Source: Sulfurimonas sp. RIFOXYB12_FULL_35_9
Lineage (GTDB): Bacteria > Campylobacterota > Campylobacteria > Campylobacterales > Sulfurimonadaceae
Length of the DNA stretch: 64,000 nt
Direction of reading: 5' to 3'
Assembly: GCF_001829715.1 (NCBI RefSeq)
Contig: NZ_MICC01000076.1
Coordinates: 904 to 64,903 of the forward strand
Each line of letters opens with the position of its first letter. Position 1 is the first letter of the stretch. This document shows positions 9,334 to 20,142 of the stretch, piece after piece. Both the position numbers and the translations under genes were made by a program. The notes under the pieces are model-generated. The model was not told the origin of the DNA. It did no database searches and worked only from the letters and a program-made list of their open reading frames with translations.

Positions 9334-10722
9334 TTAATGGTGGGCTGTTATTGCGTTATCTATCCTTGAAATTGTCTCGTCTTTACCGATTATCGCCATA
9401 ACGCTGTCAAGCCCCGGACCACTCATTTTTCCTAAAAGTGCAAGGCGAAGAGGCTGACCGATTTTACCGAAGCCGATACCCATCTCATCAACCACCTCTT
9501 GCATCAGGTGATGATAATCGCTCGGAAGATGAAGCTCGCTACATGTAGCTATTTTTGCTGCAAAAGCATTTAAAACCTCTACCGCATCGCTCTTAAACGA
9601 TTTGGCAACGGCTTTTTCATCATAAGAAACAGGAGCAACAATAATCTCATTTACGAGCAAAGCCATCTCTTTAATAGTCTTTGCGCGATCTTTTAGAGCA
9701 TCAAGCAAAATCTCTTTTTTATCATGTGAAGCAAGCAACAAACCATGCTCCTCAAGCAAATCTGCAAGCTTGCCGTTTGGCATATTTTTGATATAGTGAG
9801 CGTTAAGCCAGTCAAGTTTTTCCGTGTTGTAGATAGATGCGGATTTGTTGATATCTTTAGGATTGAAAAGTTCTTGCATCTCATCCATAGAGAAAATCTC
9901 TTGATCTCCGTGACTCCAGCCAAGACGCACCAAAAAGTTCAAAAGTGCCTCAGGCGTGTAACCCATCTCTTTATATGCCATAACATCCGTTGCACCGTCA
10001 CGTTTAGAGAGTTTTTTGCCCTCGTGGTTATGAATCATCGGCACATGGTAAAACTTCGGCACATCAAATCCGAGTGCTTCATAAACTACAATCTGCTTAG
10101 GCGTGTTTGAGAGGTGATCATCACCGCGGATAACCTCGGTAACACCCATCAAATGGTCATCAATCGCTACGACAAAGTTGTAAGTCGGCGAACCGTCGCC
10201 TCTGGCAATAACAAAATCATCCAAAATATCTTCAGCTTTAAAAGTTATATCTCCTTTAACGCCGTCACGGACGATGATTTCTCCGCTAAGAGGTGCTTTT
10301 ATGCGGATAACCGGTTCTATACCCTCAGGCACAGTACCCTCAAAATCACGATATTTGCCGTTATACTTTGTACGCTCTTTGTTTGCCATCTGAGTTTCTC
10401 TGAGGGCATCAAGCTCTTCTCTTGACATGTAGCACTTGTAAGCATTGCCGCTATCTAAAAGCTGTTTTATGTAAATTGCGTAAATGTCATCTCTTTGCGA
10501 CTGATAAGTTATCTCTCCGTCATGTTCCAAACCCAGCCAATGAAACGCTTTTACGATTGCCTCAGCTGCTTCTTGTGAGTTTCTCGCTTTATCGGTATCT
10601 TCGATGCGAAGAAGAAATTTACCGCCGTTTTTTCTAGCCCAGAGATAGGAAAAAAGGGCAGTTCTTAAACCGCCGATATGTAAATAGCCCGTAGGACTTG
10701 GAGCAAAACGAGTAACAACCAT
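9334..10722 (-). CDS. gltX: glutamyl-tRNA synthetase
   Basis: Class I motifs are present: HIGGLRTAL (HIGH) and KLSKRD (KMSKS). The length is 462 aa. Confidence 0.93.
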   Translation of the reverse strand: MVVTRFAPSPTGYLHIGGLRTALFSYLWARKNGGKFLLRIEDTDKARNSQEAAEAIVKAFHWLGLEHDGEITYQSQRDDIYAIYIKQLLDSGNAYKCYMSREELDALRETQMANKERTKYNGKYRDFEGTVPEGIEPVIRIKAPLSGEIIVRDGVKGDITFKAEDILDDFVIARGDGSPTYNFVVAIDDHLMGVTEVIRGDDHLSNTPKQIVVYEALGFDVPKFYHVPMIHNHEGKKLSKRDGATDVMAYKEMGYTPEALLNFLVRLGWSHGDQEIFSMDEMQELFNPKDINKSASIYNTEKLDWLNAHYIKNMPNGKLADLLEEHGLLLASHDKKEILLDALKDRAKTIKEMALLVNEIIVAPVSYDEKAVAKSFKSDAVEVLNAFAAKIATCSELHLPSDYHHLMQEVVDEMGIGFGKIGQPLRLALLGKMSGPGLDSVMAIIGKDETISRIDNAITAHH

Positions 10723-10805
10723 AAAAAAGCCTTTGTAAAATAGTTGTCGAATTTTAGGCTATTATTTGTTAAAAGCGGGTAAAAAATCTTTGTGCTTAAG
10801 TTTAA

Positions 10806-12488
10806 TCAGTTTTCCAGATAAAATCGCTCAAATATTTTTCTATTATCCAGAGGTTTTAAAAATATTTTATACTTAAATTTAATTTTACTCTTCTCCAACA
10901 GCTCTTTTTGCGCAGATGTTGCCAGAAAATAAAGCTCACCTCTCTCTACTATTTTTTCAAACTCCGGAAATCTTTTGTTAAGCAGTTTTACAAGCAAATA
11001 TCCGTTGTCGAATATGGCATTTGCAAAGCTTAAATCTACAATAACTCTTTTGTAACTATGTTTTTCAAGTTCATTTTTCAGTATTGAGACACTCTTAAAT
11101 ATCAATATTTCAAGCGGCGGCATGTCAAGTGTCAGCTTTTTCTTAAACATTTCAAGCGTCTCCAAATCTCTTGTTGCCAGAACTATTTTTTCTTTATCAT
11201 ATTTTTGAAATTTTTTTATCTCATTTCTATCGATTACACCTCTCTGATGCAATAAATTGTGAGTATTAATCATCTTAAACTTTAAATTGCTTTTTAAATA
11301 CCCTACGATTTTAGACGATTTTTTTGCATTTTGCCATGACAGCTCATTTGCTTTAAATACATAATAAGGAACTATTTGTTGCGAGATATACTTTATACAT
11401 GTGTTGATATGCTTTTCTACATCCTCCAATATATCCGAATCATCTTTTAAATAAACAAATTTATCAATTAAATTGGACTTTTGCAGTAAAGGTTTTAACT
11501 CTTCTTGAAATTCCTCAATCTCTTTAATATGATTTAAAATTGATAAAACTTCCATATTTTTATAGTTAGAATCTATTTCAAGAAATATATCCAGTAATTT
11601 GTCTAAATAAGGCGTAAAATCATCATGCAAAAGTTTTTGTTTATCTTTTGCCATATCTCTTACCTTTGTTAAAAGACGGTTAAGCGGCAAAATAAATGAA
11701 TATTTAAGATGCTCTTTTATCGGCATGCTGTTCGAGAATGCTTCTGCATTTAAGATAATTTCATGGAAGTTTTCACTCATGCCCAGTGCTTTATATTTTT
11801 CAGGATGACGCCATATATTATAAATTTTTTCCATAAGCAAACTATTTACTACTAGAGAATTATCTATGCTTTTTATATAGTTTTCTAAAACAATTTGACA
11901 CGTCATGTACAACTCATCTGCATCAATAGCATAAAAATGATCAAATTCACTGCGGATAAGAGTCTCTAATGCTTCTGTTTGAATATCGATTTTATCTTCA
12001 TCACAATAGGTTTGAACCCATGTTCTGATATATTTCATCTGTTTGGCATGATCTGATTTTATTTTTTTCTCATATTGAATTTTTCTTTCATGTTCTCTTT
12101 CTAAATTATTAAAAAAATCAGAAAAACTCTCGGCACTAAAAGGTTTGTAGATAACGCCTTTGATATTTTCACTGATTTTTTTTGATATGATTTTTGTATT
12201 TATGGGTGTGGTTATAAAAATTACATCCAGTGTTTTAATCTTTCCCGTATCTATAAGTATCTCTATAAGCTCATGTCCGTTAAGTTCTGGCATCATAATG
12301 TCAGAGATTAAAAGCGATATATTGGGGTATTTGCTAAGTATCTCAATAGCTTGCATGCCATCATAGGCGATGTAAATATAATCTTCATGAAAAAAATAGT
12401 TAGAGATTTTATTTGACAACAAAATTTTGGCTGTCAATTTTGTAATCATTTTTGAGTCATCAATTATAAGTACATTTGTCGGTGTCAT
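10806..12488 (-). CDS. orphan response regulator (REC domain) with large uncharacterised C-terminal region
   Basis: The N-terminus has the receiver pattern VLIIDDS ... LLISDIMMPELNGHELI ... KP. The remaining ~430 aa show no recognisable output motif. The last ~120 aa have a receiver-like alternation of secondary structure. Confidence 0.7.
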   Translation of the reverse strand: MTPTNVLIIDDSKMITKLTAKILLSNKISNYFFHEDYIYIAYDGMQAIEILSKYPNISLLISDIMMPELNGHELIEILIDTGKIKTLDVIFITTPINTKIISKKISENIKGVIYKPFSAESFSDFFNNLEREHERKIQYEKKIKSDHAKQMKYIRTWVQTYCDEDKIDIQTEALETLIRSEFDHFYAIDADELYMTCQIVLENYIKSIDNSLVVNSLLMEKIYNIWRHPEKYKALGMSENFHEIILNAEAFSNSMPIKEHLKYSFILPLNRLLTKVRDMAKDKQKLLHDDFTPYLDKLLDIFLEIDSNYKNMEVLSILNHIKEIEEFQEELKPLLQKSNLIDKFVYLKDDSDILEDVEKHINTCIKYISQQIVPYYVFKANELSWQNAKKSSKIVGYLKSNLKFKMINTHNLLHQRGVIDRNEIKKFQKYDKEKIVLATRDLETLEMFKKKLTLDMPPLEILIFKSVSILKNELEKHSYKRVIVDLSFANAIFDNGYLLVKLLNKRFPEFEKIVERGELYFLATSAQKELLEKSKIKFKYKIFLKPLDNRKIFERFYLEN

Positions 12489-12766
12489 TGTCGAATCAAC
12501 CCTTTTAGCTCTTTAAGGGTGTTTTTTCGCATTCAATTCCTTTTGTCAATTACTTAATAATTTGATTTTAAAATATTTTCCCTTGTATTCTAACAAAGAT
12601 AAAACAAATTTTGAGTTAATTTGTGCAGAGGTTTATAAATAAAATGAAATAATACTGTTATCTCGCCTCACATGCACAGCTATACACTCTAAGCAAATAG
12701 CTAAAATAGTGCAAGGTTAATAAATATATTGGTAAAATACCTCTCTTAAATTTTACAGGATTTTAA

Positions 12767-13603
12767 ATGTACAAAATATTACTACCTCTTCTTTTTAGCA
12801 CGTTTCTTTGTGGGGAACCTCTTAATGGGGTGAGTGTTATGGTCAAAGGAGATATTATTACTCTCCATGATATCAAAGAGGAGATGCGCATTTCAAATGT
12901 AAATGCAGCCGCTGCAACTGATATTTTGATAAGAAAAAAACTCGAAACTGCGGAGATAGATGAGAGAAAAATCAGCGTAAGTTCTGCGGAAGTTTACGAT
13001 GATATCAAAAAAATGGCGGCAGCAAATAAGATGAGTATTGACGAGCTTTATGAAGCAGTTAGAAACTCAAACGGCTTTAGTTCTACGGAGTTTAAAGAGA
13101 AAACAAAAGAGAAACTTATCTCTCAAAAGCTCTACTCCGCTATTGCTTACTCATCTATCGATATCCCAAAAGAGGACGAGATAAAAGAGTATTATGAACT
13201 TTATAAGAAAGATTTTTCACGCCCGAGTGCTTTTAAAGTTACAATATACGGCTCACAAAACAGGGACGCACTTGAAAAAAAGATAACTACTCCCATGTAC
13301 AACTCTGGCGAAATAAAAGTCAATGAGCAGATACTTCCATATGACAAAATTTCACCTGAATTGGCAAAAATACTTCAAAATACAAAAGATGGCAGTTTTA
13401 CTCCTATTATTAAAGAACCAAACGGCTCTTTTGTGAGTTTTTTCCTCCAAGAGACTCAAAATCGCAAAGAGTCAGACTATGAAAGCTCTAAAAATGAGAT
13501 AATAAATCTTATTATGGAGAAAAAGAGAGAACAGGTTTTAAGCGACTACTTTGCAAGACTTAAGGGAAATGCGGAGATTAAAACGATTCGAGAAGTCAAA
13601 TAG
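12767..13603 (+). CDS. SurA-like periplasmic chaperone / parvulin-like protein
   Basis: A signal peptide is followed by a SurA-N-like helical region and a degenerate parvulin-like C-terminus. The size and the position next to gltX resemble C. jejuni Cj1289. Confidence 0.6.
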   Translation: MYKILLPLLFSTFLCGEPLNGVSVMVKGDIITLHDIKEEMRISNVNAAAATDILIRKKLETAEIDERKISVSSAEVYDDIKKMAAANKMSIDELYEAVRNSNGFSSTEFKEKTKEKLISQKLYSAIAYSSIDIPKEDEIKEYYELYKKDFSRPSAFKVTIYGSQNRDALEKKITTPMYNSGEIKVNEQILPYDKISPELAKILQNTKDGSFTPIIKEPNGSFVSFFLQETQNRKESDYESSKNEIINLIMEKKREQVLSDYFARLKGNAEIKTIREVK

Positions 13604-14041
13604 ATGTTAAGTGATGAAAATTTTATAAAAATCGCACAGGAGATTGCAACCGCTTCAAAATGCGTCTCCAAACAGGTAGGCGCTGTAATCGTAAAAGACG
13701 GAAGAATTCTAAGTACGGGTTACAACGGCACTCCTGCAGGATATATAAACTGTCGTGAGCACTGGAGCGGCGAATATACTGCCGAACATCATGAGTGGTC
13801 AAAAACTTATGAGATACATGCAGAGATGAATGCTATCATCTGGGCGGCTAGAAAAGGTATCAGTATAGAAAATGCGACAATTTATGTCACGCTTGAGCCT
13901 TGCAGCGAATGCAGCAAAAACCTTATAGCAAGCGGAATCACGAGAATCGTATATCTAAAACCGTATGAACACACGCACTCAGAAGTAATATCAAAATTTA
14001 TCAAAGACAACGGCGTAAGCATAGAAAAACTTGGAGAGTAA
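13604..14041 (+). CDS. dCMP/CMP zinc deaminase
   Basis: The zinc-binding motifs HAEMNAI and PCSECSK are present. The length is 145 aa. Confidence 0.88.
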   Translation: MLSDENFIKIAQEIATASKCVSKQVGAVIVKDGRILSTGYNGTPAGYINCREHWSGEYTAEHHEWSKTYEIHAEMNAIIWAARKGISIENATIYVTLEPCSECSKNLIASGITRIVYLKPYEHTHSEVISKFIKDNGVSIEKLGE

Positions 14042-14044
14042 AAA

Positions 14045-14587
14045 ATGAGTGAAGATAAAGAGCTGCAAGCAGAAATCGGCAAACATCTTATGCAACCTGA
14101 AAACTACGGGAAATTTGAAGATGCCGATTGTGTCGGAATAGGCATAGACCACGCTACAAAAAGCTATGTCATCATGTATATAAAAAGAGATGAGAAATTT
14201 ATAACGGATGTAAAGTTCGGTACAAACGGCACGCAAGATACAACAACGCTTGGCTCTATTTTTACCGAGATGATAAAAGGCGACGAGATAGCAAATGCGA
14301 TGGAGACGACTTCTACACTTGAGAATGAACTAAAAGAGAGTTACGCATCCATTCCTGCTCCAAAAGTTGATACAAGCAAGCCGGAGGGTGAGCAAGTTGA
14401 GCGTGTTTCAACCGAACATCAAGACAGTGCAAATATGGTTCTAACTGCTTTTCGTGCCGCAATGCGACATTATGAACGAAAACAAAGCGGCATAGAGGAA
14501 GAGCAGTTTGAGATGAGTATATCAAAAACATGTCCATACTCAACCACGGAGTGTCACTTTGTAAAAAAAGAGAGCGATCACTCTTAA
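14045..14587 (+). CDS. IscU/NifU-N-like fold protein lacking the cluster-ligand cysteines
   Basis: The region ENYGKFEDADCVGIGIDHATKSYVIMYIK..ITDVKFGTNGTQDTTTLGSIFTEMIKGDEIANAM follows the IscU pattern. However, the CGD and GC..A cysteine positions are substituted. The C-terminal extension carries CPYSTTECH. Confidence 0.45.
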   Translation: MSEDKELQAEIGKHLMQPENYGKFEDADCVGIGIDHATKSYVIMYIKRDEKFITDVKFGTNGTQDTTTLGSIFTEMIKGDEIANAMETTSTLENELKESYASIPAPKVDTSKPEGEQVERVSTEHQDSANMVLTAFRAAMRHYERKQSGIEEEQFEMSISKTCPYSTTECHFVKKESDHS

Positions 14588-14670
14588 GGTCGCTTTTTTT
14601 ATCATCTCCCAACAGCGAATTTTATGATAGTATATACGAATAACTTTTTCACATCAGAGGAGTTCTTCTT

Positions 14671-17052
14671 ATGCAATATATACGCTTTTTCAATGAACTT
14701 AATATCAAAGATGTTCCTATTGTCGGCGGTAAAAACGCTTCGCTTGGAGAGATGTACCAAAACCTGACCCCAAAGGGTGTAAATATTCCAAACGGTTTTG
14801 CCACCACAAGCGATGCTTACTGGCTACTTCTTGAAGAAAACGCCATTAAAGATAAAATTTCGGCAATACTAAATGATTTGGATATAGCCGATACCAAAAA
14901 TCTTCAAGAACGTGGGCTTAAGGTTCGCAATCTTATTTTAAACTCACATCTTCCAAAAGCACTCGCTGAAGAGCTGCTTGAAGCATATAAAATTCTCTCA
15001 AACGAATACGGCTCACAAAATATCGATGTAGCAGTTCGTTCATCAGCAACGGCAGAGGATTTGCCCGATGCCTCTTTTGCAGGGCAACAAGAGACTTTTT
15101 TAAATGTCGGCAGCGAAGAGGAACTTTTAGAGTGCGTTTTAAAATGTTTTGCTTCACTATTTACTGACCGAGCCATCAGCTACCGCACAAGCCGCTCTTT
15201 TAGCCATTTCAAAGTTGCCCTCTCGGTGGGTGTACAGAAGATGGTGCGAAGCGACATCTCTTCAAGCGGAATTATGTTTACCATAGACACCGAAAGCGGT
15301 TCTGAAAATCTCATACTTATAAACTCCATCTGGGGCTTGGGTGAGAATGTGGTAAGCGGGCGGGTAAACGCCGATGAGTTTTTTATCTTTAAACCTACTC
15401 TAAAAAATGGAATCAATACCATTTTAAAACGCTCTTTGGGAAGCAAAAAAGAGAAGATGCTATACAGCGAAGATACACGCACCCTAAATGTCGTAACAAC
15501 GAAAGAAGAGCAAGAGAGCTTCTCCATAAACGATGATGAAGTGATAGAACTTGCAAAACAGGCACTCCTTATCGAAGAGCATTATAAACGACCGATGGAT
15601 ATCGAATGGGCAAAAGACGGAAATGACTCCAAACTCTACATCGTTCAGGCAAGACCGGAAACGGTCATGAGCAAACAGAACAGAAGTATGACAAGCCAAA
15701 AATATTCACTTAACGCAAAAGGTGCAAAAATTTTAATATCGGGACGTGCAATCGGTGAAAAAATCGGTACGGGAAAAGTAACCGTTATAAATGACACGAC
15801 CGAATTTGCACGCTTTAATGACGGCGATATCTTAGTCGCGGATACGACAAATCCCGACTGGGAGCCTGTTATGAAAAAAGCTTCGGCAGTTATAACCAAC
15901 CGAGGAAGCCGTACATGTCATGCCGCTATTGTTGCACGAGAAATAGGCGTTCCAGCAGTTGTCGGGTGTACAAATGCCACAAAAGTTTTAAAAGATTCTC
16001 AAATAGTAACCGTTAGTTGTGCCGAGGGCGATGAAGGGCATGTGTATGAAGGCAAACTTAAGTACGATATCAAAACGATAGATATGAGCAAACTTCAACC
16101 TACAAAAACAAAACTCTTTGTAAATGTCGGGAATCCCGCAGAGGCTTTTAACTTTGCAAAGATGCCAAACGACGGTGTGGGGCTTGCCAGAATGGAGTTT
16201 ATCATGAACAACTCCATCAATGCTCATCCTATGGCACTTGTTGATATGCACAAAGGAAAAAGCGTCAAAGACGAGGATAAAATCCGCTCTTTTATGACTC
16301 CATGCAGTGATGCAAAAGAGTTCTTTTTGCAAAAAATCAGCGAGGGCGTGGGAATGATTGCGGCTGCTTTTTATCCAAAACCGGTAATTATAAGAACAAG
16401 TGATTTTAAAAGCAATGAGTACCGCGGTATGACGGGCGGTCTTATTTATGAAGCGGAAGAAGAAAATCCCATGATAGGCTTTCGCGGTGCAAGCCGTTAC
16501 TACGACGATAGTTACCGTGAAGCATTTATGTGGGAGTGCGAGGCATTAAAGAGGGTGCGTGACGATATGGGACTTAGCAATATTAAAATCATGATTCCAT
16601 TTGTCCGCACACCTGAGGAGGGCAAAAAAGTCATAGATATTATGAATGAACAAGGACTTATTCAAGGCAAAAACTCTCTTGAAATCTATGCAATGTGCGA
16701 AATTCCTGCAAATGTAATTTTAGCCGATAAGTTTTTAGAGGTTTTTGACGGCTACTCCATCGGCTCAAACGACTTGACACAGTTAACTCTGGGGGTAGAC
16801 AGAGAAAGCGCAAAAATCGCCCATATATTTGATGAGAGAAACGAGGCAGTTAAGAGAATGTTAAAAATGGCGATAGAGGCATGCAAGAAAAGAGACAAAT
16901 ACATAGGCATCTGCGGACAAGCCCCATCTGACTATCCTGAAATCACGGAGTTTTTGGTACAAGAGGGCATAGACTCCATATCGCTAAATCCCGATTCGCT
17001 CTTTAAGATGCGTCAAGTAGTGAGTGATTTGGAGGAGAGGCTCTCTTTATGA
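14671..17052 (+). CDS. ppsA: phosphoenolpyruvate synthase (pyruvate, water dikinase)
   Basis: The motifs GGKNASLGEM and the phosphohistidine motif TNRGSRTCHAAIVAREIGVPAVVG are present, followed by a C-terminal PEP-utilising TIM barrel. The length is 793 aa. Confidence 0.95.
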   Translation: MQYIRFFNELNIKDVPIVGGKNASLGEMYQNLTPKGVNIPNGFATTSDAYWLLLEENAIKDKISAILNDLDIADTKNLQERGLKVRNLILNSHLPKALAEELLEAYKILSNEYGSQNIDVAVRSSATAEDLPDASFAGQQETFLNVGSEEELLECVLKCFASLFTDRAISYRTSRSFSHFKVALSVGVQKMVRSDISSSGIMFTIDTESGSENLILINSIWGLGENVVSGRVNADEFFIFKPTLKNGINTILKRSLGSKKEKMLYSEDTRTLNVVTTKEEQESFSINDDEVIELAKQALLIEEHYKRPMDIEWAKDGNDSKLYIVQARPETVMSKQNRSMTSQKYSLNAKGAKILISGRAIGEKIGTGKVTVINDTTEFARFNDGDILVADTTNPDWEPVMKKASAVITNRGSRTCHAAIVAREIGVPAVVGCTNATKVLKDSQIVTVSCAEGDEGHVYEGKLKYDIKTIDMSKLQPTKTKLFVNVGNPAEAFNFAKMPNDGVGLARMEFIMNNSINAHPMALVDMHKGKSVKDEDKIRSFMTPCSDAKEFFLQKISEGVGMIAAAFYPKPVIIRTSDFKSNEYRGMTGGLIYEAEEENPMIGFRGASRYYDDSYREAFMWECEALKRVRDDMGLSNIKIMIPFVRTPEEGKKVIDIMNEQGLIQGKNSLEIYAMCEIPANVILADKFLEVFDGYSIGSNDLTQLTLGVDRESAKIAHIFDERNEAVKRMLKMAIEACKKRDKYIGICGQAPSDYPEITEFLVQEGIDSISLNPDSLFKMRQVVSDLEERLSL

Positions 17053-19617
17053 CGAGAACCTCTTCCTAAAAAATTTCTCTGCCTCCATAACCGCAACAAG
17101 CGTTAAAGCGATAAAAAGCAGTGTTGTCCACATCTCTATACTAACAGGCGAAATACTCAGCAGCGATTGCATAAAAGGATTATACATGGATATGATGTGA
17201 GCACCTTGAGCGGCTATGACGGATATCCATAAAAATTTATTTTGAAAATGATTTATTTTAAATATAGAGTTATTTTCACTGCGTGAATTAAACGTAGATA
17301 CATTTTCAAAGAGCACCATCAGAAGCAAAGTAATATTTCTTGCCATATCCTCACTATAACCCATCTCAAGCAGTGTATAAAAAAGAGCAAATGCGCAAGC
17401 TCCCATATAAAAACCGCCGACAACTACTCTGCTTAGCATTGCCTTGTTAAATATAGGCTCTTTCGTATCCCTTGCTTTGCGTTTTAAAACTCCCGGTTCA
17501 GCTTTTTCAACTCCCAAAGCCATATCTTGAAAACCGTTTGCGACAAGGTTGAGCCAGAGTATCTGAACAGGCAAAAGCGGTATAGGAATAAAAAAGAGCA
17601 TCGAGAGCAAAATAAGTGTTATCTCCGCAAAGCTCGTTGATATAAGCAGGTGAATAACTTTGCGGATGTTATCGTACGCAACCCGTCCCTCTTCTATGCC
17701 GTTGACAATAGAGCTAAAAGCATCATCCGTCAAAATCAAATCGCTTGATTCACGTGCGACATCCGTACCGCTTTTTCCCATTGATATGCCGATATTTGCA
17801 AACTTTAACGCCGGCGCATCATTTACACCGTCTCCGGTTACTGCTACAAAATGACCGAGATCTTGAAATGTTTTGACTATAAGCTGTTTTTGTTCAGGCG
17901 AAACCCGTGCAAAAACACGCTTATGGGCTATCTCCTCTTTGTATGCTCCACGCTCATGCCAACGAGAGATCTCCAACCCGTCAATTACCTCATCTTTACT
18001 AATGGCAATGCCTAGTTCTTTTGCTATATAAAATGCCGTATTTGGATGATCTCCCGTTACCATTACGACTTCGATTCCAGCTTCTTCGGCAGTTTTTACA
18101 GCCTCTTTAACTCCCTCACGCAGTGGATCTGTGATGGCTGCAAATCCGAGATAAATATAACCCTCTTTGGCTATCTCTTTTTCATCGCTTAGTTTATATG
18201 CCAAAGCAATATTCCTAAACCCTTTAGCCGCCCACTCATCCACCTGTTTTAAAATATATTTCGTATCATCTTCACCAAGTTCGCATTTGCCGAGTATAAC
18301 TTCAGGAGAGCCTTTTATAAAGTGCACCTTTTTACCATCAATCTCATAACTTGCCGCAGAATATTTATTTACAGGTTCATAAGGTATTTGATTGAGAGGC
18401 TTTAGTGTTTTATATTTCTCAAAGAGTGATTCATCTAAAGCAAGCGTATATCTCAAGAGTGCAACATCAACCTGATCCCCGATAAAAACAGACTCGCCCT
18501 CTTTTTTATGAAAAGTCGACTCGTTGCATAAAATCGCTACAAGAACTACATGTTCGTCAATATGTTCATCCGGATTATAAGCCCTCTCTTTCGTTACAAA
18601 ATACTCAACGCTAAGGCGATTTTGCGTCATAGTTCCCGTTTTATCGCTTGCTATGAGGGTACAAGATCCAAGCCCCTCAATGGCAGAGAGTTTACGGACA
18701 ATTACATTTCGTCTGCTCATAACACCGCTTGCAACGCTAAGGGCTACCGTAATTGCCACAGGAAGCCCCTCGGGTATTGCAGACACGACAAGTGCAACCG
18801 TTAAGAAAAAAATCTCTTTTAGTGGAATCTCTCGGTAGATGCCAAGCATAATGATTAAAATAGCAATTATGCCTATCATCTTTGAAATATTGATTGAAAA
18901 CTTCTCCATGCGAAGAATCAACGGTGGTTTTGTCTCCTTGCTAGAGGCTAAAAGAGAGGCTATTTTACCGACCTCTGTTTGACTTGCAATCGCGCTCACT
19001 ACTCCGATTGCTCTTCCTTTTGTAACTAAAGAGCCGCCATAGAGCATGTTTTGTCTCTCACCCAAAGGCTCATCAACATTGCTTGAGATATAGTTGCAGT
19101 TTTTATTTACTTCAATCGACTCTCCCGTGAGAAGCGACTCGTTTACCTGCAGTTCGTATGTTTCAAGGAGACGGATATCGGCAGGCACTTTAACACCGGA
19201 TTCAAAAAAAACTATATCTCCAACGGTGATATCTTCACTTAAAATTTCAACTCTATTACCGTCTCTTAGGGCATTTACATAGGTTTTGATTACCTTTCTT
19301 AGTGCATCGGCTCTCTCGCTGGCCGTATACTCCTGATACGTTCCCACCACTGCATTCATAGCAAGCGCTGCCATTATAAATCCGGCATCGCTAAACTCTT
19401 TTATAGCAAACGAAATGGCAGCTGCGATTAGAAGTATGTAGATAACAGGGCTTTTAAACTGCTCTACAAATATCTCTAAAAGAGTCTGTTTTTTGGCTTC
19501 TTCTAAATAATTTTTTCCGTAATGTTCACTGCGAGATGCTACTTCAGAGCTGCTTAGTCCACCGATACTGCACTCTAAATCCAGCAGAGTCTCTTCTGCA
19601 CTTTTTGTATGAAACAT
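17047..19617 (-). CDS. cation-transporting P-type ATPase (P2-type, Ca2+/Na+-like)
   Basis: The phosphorylation motif is DKTGTMTQN, the actuator motif is TGES, and the hinge is VTGDGVNDAPALK. There are about 10 TM helices. The 6-nt overlap with ppsA is convergent. Confidence 0.88.
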   Translation of the reverse strand: MFHTKSAEETLLDLECSIGGLSSSEVASRSEHYGKNYLEEAKKQTLLEIFVEQFKSPVIYILLIAAAISFAIKEFSDAGFIMAALAMNAVVGTYQEYTASERADALRKVIKTYVNALRDGNRVEILSEDITVGDIVFFESGVKVPADIRLLETYELQVNESLLTGESIEVNKNCNYISSNVDEPLGERQNMLYGGSLVTKGRAIGVVSAIASQTEVGKIASLLASSKETKPPLILRMEKFSINISKMIGIIAILIIMLGIYREIPLKEIFFLTVALVVSAIPEGLPVAITVALSVASGVMSRRNVIVRKLSAIEGLGSCTLIASDKTGTMTQNRLSVEYFVTKERAYNPDEHIDEHVVLVAILCNESTFHKKEGESVFIGDQVDVALLRYTLALDESLFEKYKTLKPLNQIPYEPVNKYSAASYEIDGKKVHFIKGSPEVILGKCELGEDDTKYILKQVDEWAAKGFRNIALAYKLSDEKEIAKEGYIYLGFAAITDPLREGVKEAVKTAEEAGIEVVMVTGDHPNTAFYIAKELGIAISKDEVIDGLEISRWHERGAYKEEIAHKRVFARVSPEQKQLIVKTFQDLGHFVAVTGDGVNDAPALKFANIGISMGKSGTDVARESSDLILTDDAFSSIVNGIEEGRVAYDNIRKVIHLLISTSFAEITLILLSMLFFIPIPLLPVQILWLNLVANGFQDMALGVEKAEPGVLKRKARDTKEPIFNKAMLSRVVVGGFYMGACAFALFYTLLEMGYSEDMARNITLLLMVLFENVSTFNSRSENNSIFKINHFQNKFLWISVIAAQGAHIISMYNPFMQSLLSISPVSIEMWTTLLFIALTLVAVMEAEKFFRKRFSS

Positions 19618-19722
19618 GTACTCTCTTTCAATACTTTATTGTTATTATCATAGTTCTTCACAGCTTAATTTAAACCACATTTTTTTCTATACATAATATA
19701 AAATTATGGTAAAATTCCACAG

Positions 19723-19989
19723 ATGAAATTAAACGTGCTTCTCTCGATACTCTTTGCCATTGTTACAAGCTTTGCCGCAATCCATGAAGTGGAGCATATT
19801 CAACATAATGACAGCTCGTCATGTTTGGTATGTACCGTAAATAATAATTTAGTATCCGCCGATGCAGTGCAATTCACAGCCGATGTGGAAATTTTCCACT
19901 TTCAAGAGATAATACAAGAGAGTTCAACTTCATACTCATACAGAAAAATAAACTTCAATCAAAACCGCGCCCCTCCAAAAATATCCTAA
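19723..19989 (+). CDS. small secreted/membrane His-Cys protein (hypothetical)
   Basis: The N-terminus is hydrophobic and is followed by HEVEHIQHNDSSSCLVC. The gene heads a metal-uptake-looking cluster. Confidence 0.4.
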   Translation: MKLNVLLSILFAIVTSFAAIHEVEHIQHNDSSSCLVCTVNNNLVSADAVQFTADVEIFHFQEIIQESSTSYSYRKINFNQNRAPPKIS

Positions 19990-20012
19990 TTAACAAAATA
20001 TTATTTTAATTC

Positions 20013-20035
20013 TGCCTCTAATGAGGCAAGCTTTT
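20013..20035 (+). terminator. hairpin after small ORF
   Basis: The hairpin tgcctc-taat-gaggca is followed by agctttta. Confidence 0.4.
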
Positions 20036-20142
20036 ATAAAGGAACTTCGTTTTGTGCCTTAGCGGCTAGCGTAGCTTTTTGGACTTGTTCAAAAAGTGTA
20101 CAAAATAAATAAAAAATATTATCAAATAGGATATGTACAACA

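Noticed and set aside
9693-10637. ORFs on both strands within gltX
   Set aside because: They are embedded in a gene with unambiguous class I synthetase motifs and have no independent support.
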